The notes below the pieces were generated by a model. That model did no database searches, was not told where the DNA came from, and saw only the letters and a list, made by a program, of their open reading frames with translations. Shown here piece by piece: positions 7,301 through 14,081 of a stretch of DNA of 33,135 nucleotides. Origin of the DNA: an uncultured euryarchaeote. Lineage in GTDB: Archaea; Thermoplasmatota; Poseidoniia; Poseidoniales; Thalassarchaeaceae. Where the stretch lies: assembly GCA_937144695.1 (NCBI GenBank), contig CAKZRH010000082.1, positions 1 to 33,135 on the forward strand. Reading direction: 5' to 3'. Made by a program: the position numbers and the translations under genes. The number at the start of each line of letters is the position of its first letter. Within the stretch, counting starts at the first letter, position 1.

Positions 7301-9873
7301 CCTGCATAAAGAAAATCTGGCCCAATATGCTCTACTGAATTTACAAATCGAGAAGGTAGGCCATCACCGCCGGTATTCGACCAGCAATCTTCTAGCTCTA
7401 TTGAACCGGAATTAGCTCCCCAACTCCACATACACGCACCTCTATTAGTGCCCGCAAAGATTCCAGATGCATCACTAGTTAAATCGTAGAATTCGAATGG
7501 ATCATTCCAATTTCCTGGAATAACAGTTGGTAGAAGTTCCCAGCTAGTTCCATCCCAACGAGCTAAGGCACCATTAGGTTGTTGAGTACTCCACGGTTGA
7601 GGAACTTCTGAGCCTACTAGTAGGCCTCCATAAAAGTCGATTTCCAGAGTATTGATATCATTATCAGGAAAACTATTCGGATCCTCTGCCGTCCATAAAT
7701 CTATTATTTCAGAAGTTAATCTATCAATTACTAGAATTCCAAAACCATAAAGTCCCATGTAAATGATATCATCATCAACTGCAATTGGTGCAGACTCAAG
7801 GTTATCAATTCCTAATGATTGCCATGAGCCAAGGATTGATTGAGAGTCTAAATCTATTCTCATTACACCTTCTTCTTCAGTTGCGATGTAGGCAATTCCA
7901 TATCTGGTGGTAATCTCCTCAATACTATTTGAGTCGAGTCCATCAGTAATAGTAAAAGATGAATAAACTGAATTTGAAGATGTAGAATACAGTGAAACTC
8001 CATCTTCTGGATGTCCTATTACTAGGAAGTTATTTTCTGAGTCATATGCCATACTAGAAACTTGATTAGAATTTAAACCTTGAATAGTTTCTAAATAAGT
8101 TCCATCAATGTTACTCAAGCGAAGAGTTCCAGCCTGAGATGTTCCAACCCAAACCCATCCATTTTCATCTTGAACAATAGAAGTAATTGAACCTGGATCT
8201 GAAACGTATGATGAAATATCTATTGGTGTTTTCCAAAGTCTTTCTCTGATGTCCATCATATCAATTATTGAACCATTAGAAATCCATACTTCTCCTTGGT
8301 CATCGTCTTCTATAATCTTACAAATATCAGCATTTTCAATAGATGGGCTACTTACAACTACAAATTGTCCATCTGGACTGTCTCCCACAACTCTACCAAT
8401 AGTTCCGGAAGAATCTGAGACTATGGCGGTGGAATTGGAAGGCGATCTTGAAGATTCAGAAGTCCAAGAACCAAGGAAAGTTCCAGAACCAAATAATCCA
8501 ATTGATGAAAGTTGAATATCGGAGCTGAAGTAAAGAGCATTAGTATTGTAGCTTTGAACGTGGTCTTCAGATAATATATACAGCCATCCTGGAATGGTTT
8601 CTATTGATATTATTTCATCGGATACAAGCCAATTATTTTCCGTCCAAGATCCTAGCCAAGAAGTAGTTGAAAGATCAAGCCTATTGATTCCGGATTGAGA
8701 TGTGGCAACATACAGAATATCGCTAGAAATATCGATATCAGAAATTGAGTCTTCAGAGAGAAAATTAGATTTATCCCAGACTGTATTCTTCTCAATTTCT
8801 ACAAGTCCTGAACTGGATAAATTATAGTTTAATACATGTAGTCCATTATTTTCAGTGGAAACATATAGTCGATTATTCCAAGTTATGATTTCAGTTGGGA
8901 TTTCTTGTTCTGAACCCAAGCAGAAATTTTCGGAATTCCAAATAGCACCATTCATAGGCATTAAATAATGAATTTCACATTCAGAAGATGCCCAAATAAT
9001 TCCATTATCATCTAGTGTAATTGATAGAATAGAATTTGAGCTATTTTCTTTTACATCAATTGGGAAATCTGTAATAATTGATGAATCAGAAAGTCTCATG
9101 GCTGTAACATTTCCATCATTTTGACCGATATACAAAATATCACGCATACTATCTGATTGGATACTTCTTCCGTAGATATCCTGATGTATATCGATAATCT
9201 TCTTTGCTGAGTTATCGTCTATATGTAATAAATCATCATCTACTAGTAAATACAGTCTTCCATCAAAGGGATTGATTTCGCTATCATGAATTAATACTGA
9301 TTTTGATGTGAGTGAGAGTTTTGGATCTACTGGTCTCAATGCCTCTATGATCAGATCTGTTATCTCAATTCCAGTTGGAATTTGCCAAGAAGCATCACTA
9401 ATAGTATTGGGTTTGAGTGATGAATCTAAAACTCCTCCCGTAACTGTAGAATCGTAATCTAGGAAATCATTTTGTCTACCAAAATCTCCTTGACCTCGCC
9501 AGTCTAAAATATTGGTCTGAGTATTTAGAATGTTCAATTGTGGTTGATTAATCCAATATCCATCACTTCCGTTGACTGCGACTTCTAAGGTAAGATTACT
9601 GATCATTGCTCCTGGAGCGAATTCTAAACTTAGTTCACCCAAAGCGGGAGTATTATTTTCTATATCTGAGCCTGTTGCTATAAAATCAATCCATCCAGTA
9701 TCATTATATCCATTTTCCCCCCAAGATCTATGATTTGTATAATCGGAATTAATCTTATCATTGATTTCTCTATCTCCTGAAAAAGAATTCATTGGAACTA
9801 AAATCATTAGTAAAATCATGCACACAGCAGGCAAGAAATTAATTCCTTGAGAATGACTAGTCTGCATCGGCAC
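1312..9873 (-). CDS. Giant (about 2850 aa) cell-surface protein. It has an N-terminal signal/anchor, more than 30 beta-propeller blade-like repeats, six Fn3/Ig-like modules, a C-terminal TM helix and a polyacidic tail.
   Basis: Single uninterrupted 8.5-kb ORF. The codon at 9873 is GTG with GAGG 10 nt upstream, and an alternative ATG sits at 9867 (MQTSHSQGINFLPAVCMILLMILVPMNSFSG). Blade-like motifs recur (ILYVATSQSGINRLDL, GWVWVGTSQAGTLRLS, NEIWLTTMGNGLWSINL, DHILVATDGGIGLWNT, ILYLGFENIGIARYNL and others). Many N-x-S/T sequons are present. All + strand ORFs inside it are short antisense shadows. Confidence 0.92.
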   Translation of the reverse strand: MPMQTSHSQGINFLPAVCMILLMILVPMNSFSGDREINDKINSDYTNHRSWGENGYNDTGWIDFIATGSDIENNTPALGELSLEFAPGAMISNLTLEVAVNGSDGYWINQPQLNILNTQTNILDWRGQGDFGRQNDFLDYDSTVTGGVLDSSLKPNTISDASWQIPTGIEITDLIIEALRPVDPKLSLTSKSVLIHDSEINPFDGRLYLLVDDDLLHIDDNSAKKIIDIHQDIYGRSIQSDSMRDILYIGQNDGNVTAMRLSDSSIITDFPIDVKENSSNSILSITLDDNGIIWASSECEIHYLMPMNGAIWNSENFCLGSEQEIPTEIITWNNRLYVSTENNGLHVLNYNLSSSGLVEIEKNTVWDKSNFLSEDSISDIDISSDILYVATSQSGINRLDLSTTSWLGSWTENNWLVSDEIISIETIPGWLYILSEDHVQSYNTNALYFSSDIQLSSIGLFGSGTFLGSWTSESSRSPSNSTAIVSDSSGTIGRVVGDSPDGQFVVVSSPSIENADICKIIEDDDQGEVWISNGSIIDMMDIRERLWKTPIDISSYVSDPGSITSIVQDENGWVWVGTSQAGTLRLSNIDGTYLETIQGLNSNQVSSMAYDSENNFLVIGHPEDGVSLYSTSSNSVYSSFTITDGLDSNSIEEITTRYGIAYIATEEEGVMRIDLDSQSILGSWQSLGIDNLESAPIAVDDDIIYMGLYGFGILVIDRLTSEIIDLWTAEDPNSFPDNDINTLEIDFYGGLLVGSEVPQPWSTQQPNGALARWDGTSWELLPTVIPGNWNDPFEFYDLTSDASGIFAGTNRGACMWSWGANSGSIELEDCWSNTGGDGLPSRFVNSVEHIGPDFLYAGTNQGAAVINISNGTVVDIWTAGDDTQRAKILKHNNILYLGFENIGIARYNLTTKTWLPIWDGSFGIIDDDDVTVLIEGQVEGTIWAGGDFGLTLIDVINETSSIKWNRGTNEDGPTLPDQAPGELLLIDGIIYYSPQRGQQWNSRDQVTRIDISSNSTLETMDAGEWLGYDGIIYDMSKVGNEIWIGIGQSGWGGNIDDGTIIRWNLSTNFWSDNLETIDDVGRVNAQYLGDCFPYLSSCELWVAYGDNILRRFSAGNMTLLDQWDDIDGRIRGMVEYQGEYLFASMNGILRWNPDNETWLESWLPDSGLPSESEIDFYSMKVIGDDLWASSGSGDDGLILHLSGNNSNWSTWPMDTSEIPDGYGADIIVCDDIIHFAIGFTDWRWWVTGGGIARFDLADHDGNGITNEWLTPSTTSNSDLSNQDPRALACDEINRILYVGFDEENIGIDRYSYETDSFLPTITEQDGISSAKVFPGGMLHYRNTLLISHYEDGGGISVVNTAGITFSNGQTIGTGIDSCSIVPEPNVLGIVPWESFSIGRSGDDSGINRVDRLDSSGLIEGGIDALVGLTSGQIHDMISNETHVWVTVAGSRFSYSASTILQGVFSENNTIDWQYGYQFQSESINELLLVDNEIWLTTMGNGLWSINLTNKLFIPTPVSLHNQMDAVIIEDEKIYVGLIGMDGSSAGFQSFFPEDRQWGLGSLIAGLPNNAVNDFVEYEDHILVATDGGIGLWNTTKSDWDNPITSINGLPNSIISHLFIPPSPLMNNGTIITGGPNGLVILNSNFNFLGEIGRLDGLIGDSVAGITYADAVTRVVNDSNTGNQVILHHDASLFISHDGLGSTRPGVSAWDLATDKSNGTYNIDMLPSNEVTAITSDYWGVHIATSSEPIVHWNGTSMTMESGPGAFNLQGWPVTDLTSDGIHISAISSNRISVFTVDGNHEVKALKSFPGAVDIDSNSEWLIAVDEDGLHAFSNTETLQEIPRVDQRRAEPLNVIYDFNTWEITETTHPGMPTVLASADNPITIPLEPTQEFSEELILYPGKITFSSPQDWSWIWARSNMLNYSGSWDFASINPSVAESFQTAIFSSEPGSMSSFVNLQLQSPTDGKIKIRLTYDWERLESPTIITNLIDRPNDGGGVLTANWLPAQDSAWTAYRLYIWDSTDIPDWTPTKDDLEDFSVYERIPFWTQTSTEFYFADRNGTQTALSDTRQYRSAISIEYPDGSLGEPITWTGNTTPTDEIPNPPDWIKAEPISGGTPGTLSIEWSACEELDPQFSRIWAVKQEITNAIALPDPIDISSSAGNSTVLNLDPNSPYWLAIVCVDESGQSKPSEATIFGPVVTAGGLNDGIAPVPITDTVAYDVPNDEGGQIQVSWTPNSEEDCSYHVIYILPATGWIPPTSVEGWPVAEYIPDCSTNMTVVDKIGDSNLENGIVYWIGVVAVDDWGNQDVENVLVVEMTPNSQLDSTSGLPPNLVSNLQAWDHPMDDGTAIDLSWDRSEATDFSHYTVWVSDYPLDDLTTLYSQCTQNDNCDLTIVNQRQIGNSKQLELTVNKALYGTNIETLQSQKIIPSVPLYVAVTVHDINGNVKLTGLDMIMSLVTPIDNRGDSSPPNRIPSPILTDRPSDSGNAIFVEFEPSDANDISEYRIYAVPGSPIESVENIQPALILDRGENNTVLLEKYSNGSEIIANVPVWVVVVAVDGSGNAWENSLESSMISPVDELSQDPGINLPEVTGLIVFWESDGFRINILWDMSEEDIVKSYSVYASNTEFSDTREALLISSGIINSNFSFDSIGPSSIDSTQTYWISVVASDGEVNRFATSPISLLPLQDYNLGNPVSTIIDSDESLLDQLMNGDLNTIIAIFSALMILLGGILILRPKESIVPEPWEMGTQEIEELEEEFETENSEFEAIEAIENSQTISSSESLSEDLISMFDDELSVPEIPSIQEDTMSELMTEESEEIDLEDLNELADDLEEKVSNSDDIDTSFIDDALDG
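1315..1665 (-). other. 117-aa polyacidic, presumably cytoplasmic, tail of the giant protein
   Basis: KESIVPEPWEMGTQEIEELEEEFETENSEFEAIEAIENSQTISSSESLSEDLISMFDDELSVPEIPSIQEDTMSELMTEESEEIDLEDLNELADDLEEKVSNSDDIDTSFIDDALDG. It is dominated by E/D/S, with only two K residues and no R. Confidence 0.8.
1669..1734 (-). other. C-terminal transmembrane anchor of the giant protein
   Basis: Residues 2714-2735: LNTIIAIFSALMILLGGILILR, followed by PKES. Confidence 0.75.
1819..3921 (-). repeat. Six tandem Fn3/Ig-like modules of about 100-120 aa each in the giant protein
   Basis: Residues about 1985-2685. Each module starts with a G-x-(I/L)-x-(V/I/L)-x-W type strand (GVLTANW, GTLSIEW, GQIQVSW, TAIDLSW, NAIFVEF, FRINILW). 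Each then has a (Y/H)-x-(V/I/L)-(Y/W) strand (YRLYIW, SRIWAV, YHVIYI, YTVWVS, YRIYAV, YSVYAS). Each ends with a hydrophobic strand plus D-x-x-G-(N/Q) (WLAIVCVDESGQ, YWIGVVAVDDWGN, LYVAVTVHDINGN, VWVVVVAVDGSGN, YWISVVASDGEVN). Confidence 0.6.
4354..9291 (-). repeat. Protein-level repeat region with about 33 beta-propeller blade-like units, resembling two-component-regulator propeller (Reg_prop-like) repeats
   Basis: Residues about 195-1840. I counted about 33 occurrences of the pattern hydrophobic-(W/Y/L)-hydrophobic-(G/A/S)-(T/S)-x2-3-G-hydrophobic-x-hydrophobic, spaced about 40-55 aa apart. That is enough for four or five propellers. The family name is by resemblance only. Confidence 0.6.
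9775..9840 (-). other. N-terminal hydrophobic signal peptide or signal anchor of the giant protein
   Basis: Residues about 12-33: NFLPAVCMILLMILVPMNSFSG, following a short polar N-terminus. Confidence 0.6.
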
Positions 9874-10036
9874 GAACGAACGGCCTCTTTGTACAATTTA
9901 TGAAAGGTATGGGTTGAAGTCTGTTATATGAATCATCAGAATGGCCTAAAAAATTGATAGATTATCAATAAATTTGACTTCATTACATGAAAATTATAGG
10001 AATAGCATGATACGATAAGTATGGGCCGACGAGTGT

Positions 10037-10043
10037 GAGGTGA
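10037..10043 (+). promoter_or_regulatory. Shine-Dalgarno motif GAGGTGA upstream of maeB
   Basis: gaggtga at 10037-10043. An in-frame TTG at 10049 lies 5 nt downstream. The GTG at 10040 lies inside the motif, and the in-frame ATG at 10061 is 17 nt away. Confidence 0.45.
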
Positions 10044-10048
10044 ATGCG

Positions 10049-12331
10049 TTGGACGATGAAATGCTGCGAAAAGATTCTTTAGAATATCATTCAAGTAATC
10101 CTGCAGGAAAGATTTCAGTATTACCAACTAAGCCTCATGGAACTCAGAGAGAGTTGTCTTTGGCCTATTCTCCTGGAGTAGCATTTCCTTGTAAAGAAAT
10201 TGAAGAAGACCCAGATAAAGCATACAAGTATACTTCAAAAGGAAATTTAGTGGCAGTAATAAGCAACGGAACTGCGGTATTAGGTTTAGGAAATATTGGT
10301 GCTATTGCAGGGAAGCCAGTGATGGAAGGTAAAGGATTATTATTCAAGGCATTCGCAGATATCGATGTATTTGATATAGAAGTAGATAGGACTGATGTAG
10401 ATGAATTTGTAGAGGCTGTTAAGGCAATTTCTCCTACTTTCGGTGGAATTAATTTAGAAGATATCAGTGCTCCAGAGTGTTTTGAAATAGAAAAGCGACT
10501 TGTAAATGAATTAGATATTCCCGTTATGCATGATGATCAACATGGTACCGCAATTATTTCGGGTGCTGCTTTGATTAATGGATTAGAAGTAGTAGGGAAA
10601 AAAATTGAGGAAATAAAAGTTATAATTTTGGGAGCTGGAGCATCTGCTATTTCATGTGCTAAGCATTATGTTAGATTGGGAGTATCTTTACAAAACTTAA
10701 TCATGCTAGATTCTAAAGGAATAATTACCAAAGAGAGAATGAAAAAAGGGAATATAAATGAGTACAAATCGGAATTTGCCAGAGATGTTGAAGAAGGCGG
10801 ATTAAATGAAGCCATTGATGGTGCTGATGTATTTCTAGGTTTATCAAAGGGTGGATTATTAACCAAGAAAATGGTTAAAAAAATGGCTAAAAAACCTCTA
10901 ATTTTTGCATTAGCAAATCCAGATCCAGAAATCATTCCAGAAGATGTAAATGAAGTTAGAGATGATGCTATAGTTGCTACTGGACGTTCTGACTACCCAA
11001 ATCAAATAAATAATGTACTTGGCTTTCCGTATATTTTCAGAGGAGCATTGGATGTTGGGGCAACTGAAATCACTGAGAAAATGAAGATGGCTGCAACTAA
11101 GTCATTAGCTAAACTAGCTAAAGAGACTGTTCCAGATGATGTTATGATGGCATATAACGGAGAACAACTACAATTTGGTCCCGATTATCTTATTCCCAAA
11201 CCTTTCGATGCTAGAGTGTTAATTTGGGAAGCAAGTGCAGTTGCAGAAGCAGCAGTAAACGAAGGAAAGGCTAGAATTAAAGATTCAGAATTTGATATTG
11301 AAAGATATAGAGAAGAATTAGAGTCAAGATTGGGGATGACAAGGTCAATAATGAGAAGAGTAATCAATCAAGCAAAAAGAGATAAAAAGAAAATTGTATT
11401 TTGTGAAGGTGATGATCCTACAATAATAAAAGCTGCAGCTCAATGTATTTCTGAGGGGATTTGTGATCCGATATTATTAGGTCAAGTAGAGAGAATTAAA
11501 TCTATGAAGGTTGAATTAAATCTTAATTTCGATTGTGAAATCATTGACGTTAGATATGATGAACGTAGGAGAGGGCTATATGCTGAAGAATTGCATAGAC
11601 TGAGAGGGAGGAAAGGATTGACGGAAGAAGATGCAGTTAGGCTACTCAATAGTTCGACATATTTCGGTCCAATGATGGTTAGAATGGGAGATGCTGACGG
11701 ATATCTAGGTGGAGTAGCTCATCAATATCCAGATATTGTAAAACCTTGTCTTCAAGTAATTGGCTCAGATCCAGAATCTCACAGAATCGTTGGAATGTAT
11801 ATGATGATAGTTAATGGAAAACTGATGTTTATTGGAGATGCTACAATTAACATTTATCCAGATGCTAGAACTTTGGCAGAAATAGCTATACAAACTGCAA
11901 AGGTTGCTAGGAGATTTGGAGTAGATCCAAAAGTAGCAATGCTATCTTTCTCAAACTTTGGGACTGGAGAAGAATTACGTACTGATAGAATCGAAGAAGC
12001 AATTGAGATAGTTAGAGAAATGGAACCTGGATTGGTAATTGATGGCCCTATGCAAGCAGATACTGCTTTAGTGCCTGAAATACAGAAGGATTATCCATTC
12101 ATGTCATTTGATGGAGCTGCCAACGTTCTAATTTGTCCTAATTTAGCGTCAGCCAATATAGCGTATAAATTACTTCAAAGAATTGCAGGAGCAGAAATGA
12201 CTGGACCTATTTTAGAGGGCCTCTCCAGTCCTGCTCATGTTCTACAAAGGAGAGATAGCGTTAGAGATGTGGTTCACATGGCAGCAATTTGCTCAGTTGA
12301 TGCACAAAGAAAAGCACGTGAACGACTTTAG
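10049..12331 (+). CDS. maeB: NADP-dependent malic enzyme, MaeB type (malic enzyme domain fused to a phosphate acetyltransferase-like C-terminal domain)
   Basis: ORF 10040..12331. [47 protein letters not shown]...[48 protein letters not shown] is colinear with E. coli MaeB (MDDQLKQSALDFHEFPVPGKIQV...) as I recall it. The roughly 760-aa length includes the PTA-like half. The start is ambiguous: TTG 10049 has the best SD spacing and matches the MaeB N-terminus, and GTG 10040 or ATG 10061 are alternatives. Confidence 0.92.
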   Translation: MDDEMLRKDSLEYHSSNPAGKISVLPTKPHGTQRELSLAYSPGVAFPCKEIEEDPDKAYKYTSKGNLVAVISNGTAVLGLGNIGAIAGKPVMEGKGLLFKAFADIDVFDIEVDRTDVDEFVEAVKAISPTFGGINLEDISAPECFEIEKRLVNELDIPVMHDDQHGTAIISGAALINGLEVVGKKIEEIKVIILGAGASAISCAKHYVRLGVSLQNLIMLDSKGIITKERMKKGNINEYKSEFARDVEEGGLNEAIDGADVFLGLSKGGLLTKKMVKKMAKKPLIFALANPDPEIIPEDVNEVRDDAIVATGRSDYPNQINNVLGFPYIFRGALDVGATEITEKMKMAATKSLAKLAKETVPDDVMMAYNGEQLQFGPDYLIPKPFDARVLIWEASAVAEAAVNEGKARIKDSEFDIERYREELESRLGMTRSIMRRVINQAKRDKKKIVFCEGDDPTIIKAAAQCISEGICDPILLGQVERIKSMKVELNLNFDCEIIDVRYDERRRGLYAEELHRLRGRKGLTEEDAVRLLNSSTYFGPMMVRMGDADGYLGGVAHQYPDIVKPCLQVIGSDPESHRIVGMYMMIVNGKLMFIGDATINIYPDARTLAEIAIQTAKVARRFGVDPKVAMLSFSNFGTGEELRTDRIEEAIEIVREMEPGLVIDGPMQADTALVPEIQKDYPFMSFDGAANVLICPNLASANIAYKLLQRIAGAEMTGPILEGLSSPAHVLQRRDSVRDVVHMAAICSVDAQRKARERL
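12306..12313 (-). terminator. Candidate oligo-T termination signal for pckA, lying inside the antisense of the maeB 3' end
   Basis: The - strand reads gcTTTTCTTTg, 15-22 nt past the pckA stop. It is antisense to the maeB codons for QRKA. Archaeal termination at T-tracts is established, but use of this site is inference. Confidence 0.25.
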
Positions 12332-13929
12332 AGCAATGGTTTAGGTCCTGCATTTCTTACGGACTCAGAACAACCTTCAGAAAAGTCTGAAAAATTTTCT
12401 ATGAACATCTGTGCCAATAAATTTGCGACATTTTCGAATTTCTCTTTATTTTCCCATGTTTGTTTGGGTTGGAGAATTGAGTCTGGAACTCCTTCACATG
12501 TAGTAGGGACGGAAAATCCAAATCTTTCATCCTTCACGAATACAACATCATCCAAATCTCCATTTAAAGCTGCATTTAACAATGACCTAGTCCATTTGAT
12601 TTTAATTCGACTGCTAGCATCTGCTCCACCTGCGACCCATCCAGTGTTAATCAACCAGCATTTTGAGTTATGTTTCTTTATTTTTTGAGAAAGTAAATTT
12701 GCATAAACACTTGGGTGTCTAGGCATGAAAGGCGCTCCGAAGCATGCTGAAAAGGTAGCAACTGGCTCTTTAATTCCGACTTCTGTTCCAGCTACTTTTG
12801 CAGTATATCCTGAAATAAAATGGTATGCTGCTTGTTCTGGTGTTAATCTAGAGAGGGGAGGTAAAACTCCGAATGCATCACAGGTCAAGAAGACTACATC
12901 TTTTGGATGTCCCGCCATAGAATTGGAAGTCCTATTTTCAATGGATTCTATTGGATATGAACCACGAGTATTCTGAGTTAATGAATCATTGGAAAAATCT
13001 GGCGTACCGTCTGCATTCAGAACAATATTTTCCAATATTGTTCCGGGCATTTTTGTAGTGGCATATATTGCTGGTTCATTTTCTTCCGATAAGTCAATCA
13101 GCTTAGCATAGCATCCTCCTTCAAAATTGAATATACCTTCATCTGACCATCCATGTTCATCATCTCCTACCAGAGCCCTATTAGGATCAGCAGAAAGTGT
13201 TGTCTTTCCTGTTCCAGATAGTCCGAAGAATAGGGCTGAGTTCTCTTCATTTGTATTAGCTGAGCAGTGCATTGGTAGAAGCCCATTAACTGGTAGAAGA
13301 TGATTCATAACTGTGAATATTGCCTTCTTGATTTCTCCAGCATAATGTGTCCCCCCAATAATTACAATTCCTTTATCTATTGAAATCATTACAAAAACTT
13401 CAGAATTTGTTCCGTCTCTTTCTGGATTGGCTCTGAAATCTGGAGCATGTAATATTGTAAATTCTGGTTTATGAGTTTCCAACTCATCTTTGCTGGCTCG
13501 AATAAACATATTGTGCATGAAAGCTGCATGCCATGCCTTTTCGGAAACTAATCTTACTGGCATTCTATAATTTGGGTCTGCTCCACAATAAGCATCCTTA
13601 ACAAAAATTGATTCTGATTTTTCTAAGTGATCTTTAACTAAAATTAGTAAGTGATCGAAGGTCTTCTGATCTGTGGATTTATTGACATCCCCCCACCATA
13701 CTTCCTGAGCTAGTCCCGGTTCATCTAGAATGAATCTATCATTCGGAGAGCGCCCAGTCCTCTCACCTGTAGTAGCCAGCAGTACCCCTTCTGAAGTTAG
13801 TTTAGATTCACCCTTTTCTACTGAAATATTATGTAAATCTTCCCAATCTGTGTTCCAGAAAATTGTCCCTTTAGGATTCAGACCGTGTTTAGAGAGAGGT
13901 GTCAGTGGTCTGTTAGAAGAATCTTGCAT
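12328..13929 (-). CDS. pckA: Phosphoenolpyruvate carboxykinase (ATP-dependent)
   Basis: 533 aa with ATG at 13929. It carries the kinase-1a motif FFGLSGTGKTTLS and shows overall PckA colinearity (RSPNDRFIL, HCSAN, GDDEHGW, GGCYAK, NTGW). Confidence 0.93.
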   Translation of the reverse strand: MQDSSNRPLTPLSKHGLNPKGTIFWNTDWEDLHNISVEKGESKLTSEGVLLATTGERTGRSPNDRFILDEPGLAQEVWWGDVNKSTDQKTFDHLLILVKDHLEKSESIFVKDAYCGADPNYRMPVRLVSEKAWHAAFMHNMFIRASKDELETHKPEFTILHAPDFRANPERDGTNSEVFVMISIDKGIVIIGGTHYAGEIKKAIFTVMNHLLPVNGLLPMHCSANTNEENSALFFGLSGTGKTTLSADPNRALVGDDEHGWSDEGIFNFEGGCYAKLIDLSEENEPAIYATTKMPGTILENIVLNADGTPDFSNDSLTQNTRGSYPIESIENRTSNSMAGHPKDVVFLTCDAFGVLPPLSRLTPEQAAYHFISGYTAKVAGTEVGIKEPVATFSACFGAPFMPRHPSVYANLLSQKIKKHNSKCWLINTGWVAGGADASSRIKIKWTRSLLNAALNGDLDDVVFVKDERFGFSVPTTCEGVPDSILQPKQTWENKEKFENVANLLAQMFIENFSDFSEGCSESVRNAGPKPLL

Positions 13930-14081
13930 TGTCTGCCCATCTCCGAAGTGTGCGAAACACTTTCTAGCTTCAAGTATTACGGAGAGTATTTATTCTATTG
14001 TTTTTAAATTTGGAGTTAATTTTCAATAAAAGAGCTAAGAAGGGATGTGATTTATCTCTTAGTTACTGGGGCATATGTTCA

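Noticed and set aside
2060-8515. About ten + strand ORFs of 60-105 aa inside the giant gene (2060..2317, 2375..2560, 2956..3264, 3374..3691, 5072..5275, 6339..6626, 6554..6778, 8249..8515), plus the - strand out-of-frame ORF 4215..4409
   Set aside because: All are short and low-complexity or hydrophobic, and none has a recognisable motif. All are nested in an uninterrupted 8.5-kb ORF with clear repeat and domain structure, so they are treated as shadow ORFs.
9927-9946. C-box-like CUGAUGA on the - strand (complement of tcatcag at 9933-9939) flanked by GGCC, suggesting a C/D box sRNA in the giant-gene / maeB spacer
   Set aside because: There is no D box (CUGA) and no C'/D' pair in the following roughly 60 nt on that strand, so the element does not meet the minimal C/D sRNA architecture.
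9954-9968. Inverted repeat TTGATA-gat-TATCAA in the divergent spacer, a possible operator
   Set aside because: It is only a 6-bp arm in AT-rich DNA. It cannot be distinguished from chance without conservation data, so it is not reported as a regulatory site.
13998-14081. TTG-initiated 28-codon N-terminal extension of the giant membrane protein (MFLNLELIFNKRAKKGCDLSLSYWGICS)
   Set aside because: The extension would run through the A/T-rich promoter-like core of the divergent spacer and has no SD. The ATG at 14082 gives a sensible acidic N-terminus, so it is preferred, though not proven.
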